A stretch of 63,668 nucleotides of DNA, counting the filler, from Chrysochromulina tobinii (taxonomy: Eukaryota): the NCBI GenBank assembly GCA_001275005.1. It is 8 parts of 8 records of this genome, joined end to end, with 100 filler letters (N's around TTAATTAATTAA, not from the genome) between each part and the next. Parts side by side here need not be neighbours in the genome. Positions count along the whole stretch, not along the records: positions 1 to 15,689 come from JWZX01000368.1; 7 more parts are not named here. One strand, 5' to 3'. The translations under genes were made by a program, and so were the position numbers. This document shows positions 1-11,115 of the stretch, one piece after another (the first letter of the stretch is position 1; every line of letters begins with the position of its first letter). A model generated the notes under the pieces. It was given only the letters and a program-made list of their open reading frames with translations. It was not told where the DNA came from and searched no databases.

Positions 1-1425
1 TTGTATGGCACGCCGGCACAGTGCGCCTTTGGCACTGATTGCACCGACTGTGGACGGCGCTTCTTCGTCCGCCATCGCCGCCACCCTCACCACCGCCGCC
101 GTCGCCACCGCAGTCACCTTCTCCGCCGCCGTCACCACCGCCGCCTTCGCCTCCTCCCTCTTCGCCACCGTCGCCACCTGCCTCCCTCACCGTCACCGCC
201 CCCGCCGTCACCGGCTCCACCGCCCTCACGGCCGAATCCGTCGCCTCCACCGCCTCGTCCGCCACCCCCGCCGCCTCCACCATCGCCGCCTCCGCCCGTA
301 GCGCCGCCGCCCTTGCCCTCGCTGCCGCCGCCACGGCCCTCTCCGCCACCACCGTCGCCCTCGCCGCCACCACCGTCGCCCTCGCCGCCGCCTCCCTCGC
401 CGCCGCCGCCCTCGCCCTCGCCGCCGCCGCCACGGCCCTCGCCACCACCACCGTCGCCCTCTCCGCCACCACCGTCGCCCTCGCCGTCGCCCGACCCGTG
501 CGGCACCTTGGCTTCCGCCGTGTGTGCCGGCCAGCAGTGCTACTTTGATGCGCGGTGCCTGGCAACGAGCACCGACCCCTTTAACGGCGTCGGCTGCGGT
601 GCCGGTGGCTACTCCAGCTGCCGCGCCTGTTACGTCGATGCCTACATCTCGATTCTCGCAGAGTGCCCCGAGCTACCGTCACCGTCCTCGCCGCCGCCCC
701 CGCCGTCCCCAGCGGTGCCGGGGTCGATCACGACGATAACACTCCAGGTGGTGATCGGCTTCGTCGCTGCGGAGCCGATCGAGGCGTTCACGACGGCTCG
801 GCTGAACAACATCGCCGTCTGGGTCGCGGCCGAGCTGGGCGTGGGCCCGAGCAATGTCCAGGTGATCGCCAGCGCCGCGTCCACTCGGGTCGACATCATC
901 ATCACCACGGCAACTGCGAACGCGACTGCCGCCATCGAGGAAAGTATGGCCTCCTCCATTTCGAACGCGTCCGTGGCGAGCTCCTTCTTTGGGCTCACGG
1001 TGACGTCCGCGCCAACCATCACCTCTCGGACCATTGTTACGATCATCCCCCCCGCTATGAGCGCCGGGCTCACCGTGCCCGATGCCGGGAGCGGCGCCAT
1101 GCGTACAGTGCTGATCGCCGTCGGGGCCGGGTCACTTCTGTGCGGCATCCCAGCCATACTGCTGGTCATCCGTTGCGGGCGCAGACGTGCCAGGTCTGTC
1201 GGCCCCATGCCTGCCGACGAGAAGTACAGAGTGGCCACCCACGGCGTCTCGTGCGATGCCCGCCGCTACGACTACTCGTGGACGCCGAAGCCGCTTACCT
1301 CCGCGCCGCCCGGTAGGAGTGCCGTCACCGATGCCGTCGGGCTCGTGCCCTCACTGCTCCCTCGTCTGGGCGCCGTTATGGGCGCCGCCGCCATCTCCCA
1401 CACCACCACCGCGCTTGAACCTTGA
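1..1425 (+). CDS. Pro/Ser-rich (extensin-like) single-pass surface protein with Cys-rich modules, 5'-partial
   Basis: CAFGTDCTDCG motif, long SPPPP runs, a Cys-rich module (PCGTLASAVCAGQQCYFD...CRACY) and a C-terminal TM segment (VLIAVGAGSLLCGIPAILLVI) followed by RCGRRR. The Pro-rich text slips into frame +3 between ~60 and ~180. Confidence 0.65.
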   Translation: MYGTPAQCAFGTDCTDCGRRFFVRHRRHPHHRRRRHRSHLLRRRHHRRLRLLPLRHRRHLPPSPSPPPPSPAPPPSRPNPSPPPPRPPPPPPPPSPPPPVAPPPLPSLPPPRPSPPPPSPSPPPPSPSPPPPSPPPPSPSPPPPRPSPPPPSPSPPPPSPSPSPDPCGTLASAVCAGQQCYFDARCLATSTDPFNGVGCGAGGYSSCRACYVDAYISILAECPELPSPSSPPPPPSPAVPGSITTITLQVVIGFVAAEPIEAFTTARLNNIAVWVAAELGVGPSNVQVIASAASTRVDIIITTATANATAAIEESMASSISNASVASSFFGLTVTSAPTITSRTIVTIIPPAMSAGLTVPDAGSGAMRTVLIAVGAGSLLCGIPAILLVIRCGRRRARSVGPMPADEKYRVATHGVSCDARRYDYSWTPKPLTSAPPGRSAVTDAVGLVPSLLPRLGAVMGAAAISHTTTALEP

Positions 1426-2196
1426 TTGGGTGAATGGTGTGGTTTGTGGAGAAGGTCGTGACGAGTGAGCCGGAGAAGAAGGCCTTGCTAAACGAGCTGG
1501 GCGCTTACGACATGACCGACCTCGATGTCTACGTGCTGAAGCAGATGGCATAGACGACGACGACGACGACGACGACAACGACAAGGAGGACGCGGCCGCC
1601 CATACTCGATTTGGTACTACGTACGGGCCAAGCCGCCGGCACGCATGCCAAGGTCTTCGACCCAGGGCTGGGGCTGGGGCGCGTGTGCAACGTCCTCGTG
1701 CAGCACTGGGACCGCGTCGTCGAGCTCGTCCAGGTACTTGTCACGGCTCTGAGCATCGGCATAGTCATGGCCGCGCGTCTCCCGGATCCCCGTGTGTGCT
1801 CATGTGCGTGTGTTAGAAATCAGACCCCTGTGTGTATGTTGGAAATCACACAAGGCCTCCTGCCAGTCTAGACTTAGTCTAGACTATAGTCCTTGTAAGG
1901 TTTGTTGTTTAAGCGCGCCCGCCAGACCTACGCCAGACCGCCCGCACCGGCGGAGCCATGCGGCCGGAGACGGGAGAGCTCGGGATGAGCTCACCGTTGT
2001 CGACTGTTTCGACCCGCGTTTTACTTGGATACTCACGCACAGACAACGGGTGTCCCGGCTCCTCCCGATATATTTGACGGAGATTTTACATATTTGAACC
2101 GGTACCTCGTCGCGTCGGAAGACGAAATCGCTCGCTGTCGTGTTCACAGCCGACACAGCCGTGTCGGTTTGATGCATGCACGTCTAGCGATGCGCG

Positions 2197-3654
2197 ATGG
2201 GCATCTCTGAGCCCTCGCTTGACGCAGTTCAACTCGACGACGACGTCACGGGCGCACTGCAAGCAGCTGGCTGTGGCGATGCGAAAGTGCAGGTCGGTGG
2301 CATGTTCGACTCACATGGCTGCAGTTCGTGGTGCAAGGAGGCTCGCAGCAAAATTGACTGCAATAGTTGCGACTGCGTGAGTGTCATGAGTGCCGCGGCC
2401 CGCCTCACCACATGCCACATGCGCGCGCGCACGCGAACAGATCGCCAATAGCACGCCAACCACACACATGCCAACTTCGTGTATCTGTGATGCCCGTGTC
2501 ATGCCCGCGTGTCGCCGTGTGCCAACTCTTGATCCTGCATTCCTGCTGCTTACTGCTGCTGGTGTGCTGGCGTTGACGTTACATGCCCGCGGATCACCTC
2601 TTTCGCGCAGGCGCTCTGCCCCTTTTGCCGAGCGAGCGTGCTCCCACCGTCGCCACGCCCGCCATCTCCCAACCCACCGCCACCACCGCATCCGCCGCCG
2701 CCGCCGCTGCCATCGCCGCCGCCGCCGCCTTGTCCAGCGAATTCCGCGATGCCAGCACGTTGTGACACGTGGTGCAAGGAGATGTACGCGCCACGCCACT
2801 GCGGTCGCGACACCTGCGACTGTGACGCATGCCACTTTTGTGTCTTGCAACTGGTGAGCCTGCTGCCGCCTCCCCTACGTCCATCGCCGCCGCCCAGGCC
2901 ATCGCCGTCGCCCGGGCCGTCACCGCCCCCGTCACAGTGCCCGCCGCCACCGCCGCCGCCGTATCCGCTGCCACTGAACATGTGGCCCCACGCCCTTCCC
3001 TCCAATAAACCAAATCCAACGCCGCCGCCGCCCAAGGCGCTGCCAACGCCGCATTCATCCACTCATCAGCCGTCGCCACTGACGTCGCCACAACGCTCCC
3101 CTTTAGCCCCTCACCGTTCACACACTTACCTGACCGGACAGCTCGCAACGACGACATCGAGCGGCCAGCTGACGAACCCGACGAGCGGCCTGACGAACCC
3201 GACGAGTGGCCTGTCGGCGTTTGTGGCATGGGATGCGGTACGCCAACAGAACCTTCAGTCGGGCCTCCTCATACCGTCAACCACGCAATTGCCCAACCAA
3301 CAACCTCACCTCCAACAACCTCTCCAGGCTCAGGAGACGTCGTCGGCGGCGTCGGCAGCGGCGGCAACCGTGCATCCGAGTGCGTTGGTTTTCTTCATTC
3401 TGACCTTCAGCGCTCTTATCATTGCTCTCCTCCTCTGCTGCGCCGCTGCATACTTCCTAATTCGGGGCGCTGCAAACTTGCTGGCCCACTTGATTGCCCA
3501 CATGATGGGTGACGGGCGTTACGGCGGACGACTAAATCCGAGCGCTCTCCTAGTACCCCGCTCGAGCCGCCATCGGCCAGGCGGCGGCAGCGGTGGCCGT
3601 TATGAAAGCCGTTATGAGAGCGTCCTCCCGACGATCCACGAGTCCTTCCGCTGA
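2197..3654 (+). CDS. Cys/Pro-rich single-pass membrane protein, 2 exons seen (intron 2377-2610)
   Basis: A phase-0 GTGAGT...GCAG intron joins CSSWCKE...CNSCDC to ALCPFC, rebuilding a module that recurs downstream (CDTWCKE...CDCDACHFC). Poly-Pro spacers and a TM helix (ALVFFILTFSALIIALLLCC). Start uncertain. Confidence 0.6.
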
Positions 3655-3751
3655 AGACGGGCGCGCGAGGTGAGCTACCTCTGAAGATGGGTGCGCACAC
3701 TACCTTCATTCACATATTCACAGTACAAAACTTCAATTCACACTCTCATCG

Positions 3752-5336
3752 ATGGCGTCGTCTTTTCGGCGGCGCGAGCGCTTCTCGCTGCTGCCGCTCC
3801 GACCGATAGACGAGACGCGCGCCGAGTTTTCGACGGCGCTCTCGCTCCGTAACGCGTGCGTCGCCTTCCACGACGACAAGTACTCGTACCACCGCGCTCA
3901 CTTTGTCGTCGATGGCCCTCTCGAGAGCCCGATCGTCATGCACGGCTTCGACGAGCGCGCGAGCGGCTACCAGCGGCTGACGGTGGTGCGCCGTGCGGAG
4001 GAGTACGACCGCCTTTCGATCGGCATGTGTCGGCGCGAGGCCCTCGGCCTCGGCGTGCCCGTCTCGCACGCCTCCTCCATCTACCATCAGCAGTTCCACG
4101 CAGTGCCTTCGTGGCTTGCGCTGCGGAAGCTCGTTGCGGACGCCGGGCTGGGCGAGAATGCGCCCGCGGCAGCGTTCGTACCGCTCGCCTTTGCCAGCGC
4201 CGCGCTCGGGCACGGCAAACCCGCCCAGCCACGCCGCTGGTACGCGTGGGAGTTCTCCATCCGCCCGCTCACCACAGCGAGTGCAGACGACATCGCTGCC
4301 GCGGCCAGCCGGTTGCTACGCGCGCCATGCACGTGCTTCGAACGCTTCGAGGCGGACGGGCGCGCGTTCAATCCGGGCGCGCGCTCCTCCGCGCCGGCCA
4401 TCCGTTGGTTTCGGGACGCGGCGCTACGGCACGCGCCGCTGGCCTTGGATGCCGCCGCCGCCGCATCAGCAGCAGCAGCAGCAGCAGCATCAGTAGCAGC
4501 AGCCGGGATGGCACCAGGCGGCGGCGGCAGCGGCGGCGGCAGCAACGGCGGCGGCGCGCTCTTACTCTTTGTGAGTCGGCAGGGCGTGCGGAGAGCCCTT
4601 TCGAACGAAGCCGACGTCCTCACCCTCATCGCACGCTCGCAAGCTTTGCGTGTCGAGTCGGCTCTGGGGGGCTCCTATGCGTCCTCCTCCTCCTATGCGT
4701 CCTCCTCCTCCTCCCTAGCGCTGTCTCGAGCGCCTCGACTGATGAGAGTTGTGCTCGAGCAGCTACCCATGGTCGAGCAGATGCAACTCGTCGCGTCCGC
4801 CACGGCGCTCATTGCAGTGCATGGTCAGGTCTGTTTGGGCCTCTGATCGCCTCTGATGGCCACTGATGGCCACTGATGGCCACTGATTGCAGTACATGCA
4901 CAGGCGCTCGCCTGGGTGCATGCCTTCGGAGCCTTCCTGCATGCAAGTGCTCACTACGGCGCCCTGCCGCAGGCGCTCGCCTGGGTCGCCTTCCTGCCTC
5001 CTGCATGCAAGTGCTCACTACGGCGCCCTGCCGCAGGCGCTCGCCTGGGTCGCCTTCCTGCCTTCGGAGCGACGCGTCACCAGCGTGGTCGAGGTGTCGA
5101 TCCAAACTCGAGCCGGCCAGCCCACCTTGAATGCATGCTACGAGGGCTGGAGCGCCGCGTTGGGCGTGCGTTACTTTCGTGTCGCCGGGCGGCTCACGGG
5201 CGGTTGCACGGGCGGCGCGACGAGCCGCGACGACGAGGCGCAGCGTTCGCACAAGCTGCTCGCATGCAACGTGACGTGCAACCCTGCACAGCTCGTCGGG
5301 ACCATCCTTTCCGTCGCGCAGCTGGTGGGCGGATAA
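3752..5336 (+). CDS. Glycosyltransferase family 61 (DUF563)-like protein (intron 4829-5036)
   Basis: The spliced product reads LLFVSRQGVRRALSNEADVL...LEQLPMVEQMQLVASATALIAVHGQ|ALAWVAFLP...VVEV, matching the GT61 R-x-R-x-x-N...EQ...HG signature. Confidence 0.75.
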
Positions 5337-5695
5337 TTCGCAAGATATAGCTAGAGGGAAGAGGGTAGACGAGCCTACAGTACCGCTGAACTCGCCACCC
5401 TACACACAACGAGTAGATATTTTGTTCACATTTGGTCGTTATGGAAGTTGGAAACTTGGAACTCCCTAAGTCGCCGGCCGACCACCAATTCGGTATTCAA
5501 TCTTATAACGTGACATCACCACAGAGGAAGAGACAGACCGTACACACACGTATGTACTGCCTTTGGTGGGGGAGCGGCATCTATTGGTAAGCTCTCAGAT
5601 CGAGTTCCCACGGACGTGGTCTCGATCGTTTCGGTTTCGGCGAGGAATTTACGAACTCGCGCTATGCTTGGCGGTTACCGGTACACCGGTACAAT

Positions 5696-8600
5696 ATGAT
5701 GGTGGCGCGACCGCCGCGCACCATGGCAACAGCGCCGGCACAGCCAAACACGTCTTTCTCGGCTGCAGCGTCCGCGCCCGAAGACGCCCCCATGCGCTCT
5801 CGCAGGCATAGCAGCCATAGCAGGGAAAGAGTCGCCACAAGAAACAAGCCGAGGGAGTTCCGAGCTGTGCCCGTCTTGCACTACCCGCTCAAGGAGCAGC
5901 GCTCGATACATGTGCTGCCTCATCAGGAGGAGCTCAACCCATTCCAGGACTATCTTCCACTTTCGACGCACGTGGTGCAGCCGGCGACATCGACAGGCGA
6001 AGACAGTCCGCGCACAGTTCACATTGGCGCAAGCCCCCTCCGTGCAACGCTGAGGCCGGCGCCCGTGCCGCGCGAGCGTCCTCGCACAGCCCTCACCCCG
6101 TCCGAGCTCGACGCGCTGATGACGGAAATCATCCATCGGCCACCGCCTCGGCTGGAGGTCGCGCAGTCGGCTCCTCTGCCGCCGTCGGCCAACGAGTTCT
6201 ACGGCCCGGATATCGACGGCCGCGAGTTGAAGCCCTCTTGGCGGCGCATACACTCCACCCAGTGGCGAGCACGTGTCGACAAGAACTGGCAGCGCGCCGT
6301 CTCGGCCGCGGGCGCGCGAGCTGCACGGCCGTCGACCGCACCTTCTCGAGCGCGAGCGTCCACGCGCTCGTCCAGATTAGGCATGTCCGACTGGACGAAC
6401 GGCTTCGTGGACGACGAGGACGAGGACGAGTACTACGAGGACAACGAAGAGGAGGAGGACGATGGTGTGGAGTCTGCGTCGGATATGGCGAGTGGCGTCG
6501 CCTCGGCACCGGCACCGGCGACTCCGATGGCGTCGGCAAGTCCTATCCGGCAGTCCGCGCCGGTCCTATCCCTCACAACTGCCGAGGGGCAACCATATGG
6601 CAGCACGAAGAGCGCTGGGGCCCTTTCAAAGCTCCTCAGCCGCAGCGCCAGCTCCGGTGCCGGCGGCGGCGGCGGCTGCGGCGGCGGCAACGCGGCTGCC
6701 GGCGGTGCGGCCGGCGTTGCGGCCGGCTCGTGCGGCGGCAGCGTTGCGGGCGGCGTTGCGGGCGGCAGCGGCGGCGGCGGCGGTCCGTTTCGTCTGAAAG
6801 ACATGGCCAAGCTGACCGTTTTGGGGAACGGCAAGGCCAGCAAACTCGCCCGTGAACGCACTGCGAGGGCAGAGGCGTACGCCCAGAAAGCCTTGACGAA
6901 GGCGGAGATGGCTGCCACGGCGGCAGAGGCCTTTGACTCGCGCCACGTGGTGAAGCTGGCTCATACGGTGAAGCTGGAGCGAATGGCGAGCGCGAAGGCG
7001 ACTGAAGATCGCAACTTGTCGTTCAACCAAGCGTTGAAGCGGATCCGATCCAACCGGCTTGTGATCCCCGACGCTCCCCCGGAGATGGTGATTGCATCTG
7101 ATGGCCCCTGATGGCTCTTCATCGCCTGGGGAAGCCTCTGAAGGCCTCTGATGGCCTCTGATGGACTCCGATTGCCTCCCTCATCAGATCCGGCCGATGG
7201 CGGGGATCCCAATCAGGCGGCCGCCTCCCAAGCCCAGATGGAGTTTGGACCGGAGCATTTGGAAGCCACGTGCTGCGTGGTGCGACTCGCAAGAGTTCTG
7301 GGATACCGATACGGCGCGCGTCAAGCGCTTCCATCTCGACTGGGCGAGATTGCTCGCGCTCGGCGTGCCCAAAATGACGCTTCGGCTCGCCGCGCAGGCT
7401 CTCAAAGGGAGCTCCGCTACGCCCCACCCGCAGGCTGCCGATGCGGACGTCTTAGACGACGCGCCCGATGGCAAGGGAAAGCCCAGCGATGCGAAAGGGA
7501 AGGAGGCGGCGGCGGAGGCGGTGGTGGAGGCTGCTTCACAGGCGGAACTGCAGAAGATGAAGGACGTGCTGTGGACCTTTTCGAGCCTACTGCACAACGT
7601 CTTCTCGTTCTACGCGGCCACGGGCGGCGACCCTCTTTACATCCAGCTCAACGAGTGGACGCAATTCCTCATGGACTACAATCTGGTGCAGCTGATGGCC
7701 TCTGATGGCCTCTGATGGCCTCTGATGGCCTCTGATGGCCCCGCTACCAGGTGCAACGCGCCTCGAAGCATTGCAAGAAGGCGGATTGCGATCGCATCTT
7801 TATCGCCGTCGATGCGGCAGCCACACGATTCGCCGAAGCGCTCGAAAAGGATCCAAGCGCCGTCGCGAGCGCTGCGGCCGAGAACCCCATCATGACTGTG
7901 TCGCCCAAACGCGCCGGGTCGCCTTCTGGCGCGCGACCAGGATCGCCTTTCAAGAAGGAGGGGCCGTCACATGTTCACAAGAAGAAGTCGCTAGGACGGG
8001 TGGACTTCCTGGTGAGGGCGTCTGATTGCGCTCTAATTGCGTCTCTGATTGGGCCTCTGATTGTAAATCATTGCCACTGAGCTTGCGCCCTGCCTCTTCC
8101 ACAGACTGCTCTCATCCACTTGTCGCTTCATCGGTTCGTTCTCTCGAACGAGGAGGTGACCCTTTCGGGGGCGCTGTATCGGTTGGTGAGTCTGATTGGG
8201 TCTGATTACACCTCATTGCTCTCGAACGAGGAGACAACCCTCTCGGGCGCGCTGTATCGGTTGGCGACCGCCTCGGATGGTCCTGAGGCTGGCCCCGAGA
8301 TCGTCCCCGAGTTTGTACCCCGAGCGTCCCTACTTGGCAAGTATGGCCTCTGAGCGCGCCCTCCCCCCCCCTCCAATTCGGTAGGTGCATCAACTGATCT
8401 ACAAGCAGGCCGACCCCAGGCAGCTCTCCGACCCAAACTCCTTTCGGCGGCGTCACTGCTACGGCGGTGCCGCCGCGCTCGAGTACAGCCGCACCGGCGA
8501 GGACGTCGATCTCGTGCTGCGAGGTTACGAGGCCCCGTTGCGGTTGGTCTTCAACGCGCTCAACCAGGCCGACTTGGGCGTCGCCGCCACGCTACTCTCG

Positions 8601-9399
8601 CTCTTCGAGTACATGACCTTCTTGCGCACGATCGGCCTCCTCGGGCCCGACGTGACGGAGCGCGGTGCGCGCGCGCCCCCTAGATTGAACCGAGATGTAC
8701 CCCGAGCTCGACTTCGAGCTTGATCCCGAGCTTGATCCCGAGATGGCCCTCGCAGACGCGCTGCTCTGCTTCGCATGGTCGCGCATGCTCGTCATCGACG
8801 GCTGGACCGGCAGGGGGCATGCGAAGGAGAGCAACCTGCCATTCGAAGGGTTCCTAGAGGCGCTCTGCCGTGTGTCGGCGCTCATGGCGCTGCCGACGGA
8901 TGCAGAGGTGAACGAGTCTGCTTGCCTCTTTGATGGCCTCTCTGATGACATCCCTGATGGCCCTCCTCATGACCTCTCTGATGATCTCTTGCACTCGCTA
9001 CAGGTGTTCGACGCCGGCTGCGCCGACGCGTTCGAATACGTGACCAAGATGCGCGAAGCCGACGACGAGGCGTTCCACAAATGGGTCGCGCAGCGCAATG
9101 TCGACTGGGGCGCCGAGCCGCGCCAGCCACTCGCGCGCTGCGTCGCCCATCTTCTGGCCATCCTTTTTGGACGGATGAAATCCGCAATCAACCAGGGCAC
9201 GATGCCCTCCAAACTCGGCGCCAAGGCGGGCGCGGAGCCCGAGGACGACAACGACCTCTTGAGGGTGCTCGGCGGCACCGACTTCAAGAACGCCCAGCCG
9301 GTATCGATCTCCTCGGCCGAGATCTCGATCTGGTTTGCGAGGAATGAGGCGAAGCTTGGGCTGCTAGGGCTCTCAAACACGACCAGGAGTAGTATTTAA
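5696..9399 (+). CDS. Uncharacterised 7-exon protein with degenerate EF-hand-like helices
   Basis: Introns 7088-7187, 7686-7750, 8012-8104, 8186-8384, 8665-8755 and 8908-9003 (all GT-AG) link the provided ORFs in frame. Motifs: SIWKPR..CDS..FWD, IQLNEWTQFL, CFAWSRMLVID, FEGFLEALCRVS. Confidence 0.7.
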
Positions 9400-9811
9400 G
9401 ACTGATGTGTTCTAGAAATCACACAGACACACGTTCACATTAACACATACACGTTAACACCATGGCGGGTACCGCACGGGGGCGGTTTTAGAAGGGCGAC
9501 ATCGACATCGACATGCCCATGGTGTCAAAGCAAATAAAACCGCCGTTCTGAGCGCGCGCCTCTAAAAATGTTCCGTGATTTGGAGTTGACTCGTGCAAGA
9601 CTTTCGGAAATAATTTCCCAAAGACGCCGCTCCCAGGAGCACGAGTGCGACGTCCAGGCGTTTCGTGAGAAAAAAACGGGTTCACACGTGTCAAGATTTG
9701 GAGGAGGTCCGCGGAAAAAACATCCCTTGCTGTACAGCTGTCGCCACCGTGGAGTGCGGTTGGCTGGCCCGCTCCGGACGGATCGGGACGCGCCAGGGGC
9801 TCGCAACCTAG

Positions 9812-10279
9812 ATGAGCGGCGGCAAGAGCAGCAAAAAGTCAGCCAAGTCGCAGCGGACGCAGGAGCATCGGGGAAGGGAGGTGGACGACGTGCGGAAAAA
9901 GTCTCTCGAAGACGGCAGCCTGACGGCACGCGCGGATCTGGACGTGGGTGACACCTCGAAGGTGAAGGGACACCTCGAGGACGAACGGTACGATGTTGTC
10001 GTCTACATTGGCACAATGCTCAATCCGGGCCGTGCGCTGGCGAAGGCCAATCCTGAGGATCGAGAATTCTCGACGGACGAGGAGGTGGCGCAGATCAAGG
10101 TGGGAGATGGGGTGCGGATATGCGACGGCGTCGAGCGCTTCTGGACGCGCGTGTATGCGACTGAGGATGACCTGCTCATGGCGCAGGTGGGCAGCCAGCT
10201 CACCTCCGGCCGATGGGCGCTGGGCGAGCGGGTCTGCTTCCTCAAAAAGTACGTGTACGCAGTCGAGCTGAGCTGCTGA
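9812..10279 (+). CDS. Small intronless hypothetical protein, DUF2314/YegJ-like pattern
   Basis: 155-aa ORF with VGDGVRI..VERFWTRV...AQVGSQL.....LGERVCF. The family resemblance is recalled, not searched. Confidence 0.5.
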   Translation: MSGGKSSKKSAKSQRTQEHRGREVDDVRKKSLEDGSLTARADLDVGDTSKVKGHLEDERYDVVVYIGTMLNPGRALAKANPEDREFSTDEEVAQIKVGDGVRICDGVERFWTRVYATEDDLLMAQVGSQLTSGRWALGERVCFLKKYVYAVELSC

Positions 10280-11115
10280 CGAAACTTGTATGGAAGGCAT
10301 GGTGGCAAGGGCGCAACGTTGCGCATGACACCCAGCATGAGCGCAACGGGCTCTTCTCGATGGTCACGAAAGCTAACGGACGGAGAAACGGACGGATGAC
10401 GAAACGGACGGATGGATCGAGGTGGCCTCGCCGGCTGCCTCCGCGGGCGAGGCTTGTAGCTGAGCCGCGCTGGAGGATATGTAGACAGGTAGACACTTAG
10501 CGGCAGCGGTGCAGGTGGATCTCAGGTGGATCTCTTGCCCTTTCGTTGGGGCTATTGAATGAGTCCACACAGATACAGATATGGATTATGGTGGTGCAGA
10601 TCAACGCTTCGACTGGCCCGTCTAAAAGCGTCCTTCTCGCCGAGATTGAGGTGCAGATCGACGGCCCGTCTTAAGCGTCCTTCTCGCCGATACGTACGTG
10701 CATCCGGCGATGGGGCTATGGGCGAACCTGGCTTCACGTAGAGATTAAGCATGACGCGTCGCAGCTCCTCCTCCTGTTGCGCCAATAATCCGTTAGGAAC
10801 GCAAAACAACCGATAGTACACTGGTTGGACACGCATGAATCACAAAAGAACACAATCACCAACCCGACCCGCACCCCGGTCCCCCGGAGCGGTGCTGGTA
10901 CGGTCGACTCGGCTACATTGTAGAGGAGGTACGAATGGTCAAAGCCGTAGCGGCCAAGACCGCCAAGTCGGAGATCACGGAGAACACGGGAGATCACCGA
11001 TCTCTGATTCCGCCCAGGCCCAGGCCCGATCTCTGCTCCGCTCCCCGGCACACCTCCCGACATGCGGCAGCTGATCCATCCCGAAACAGCCTGCTTCGGG
11101 GGTCCGAACTGGTCA

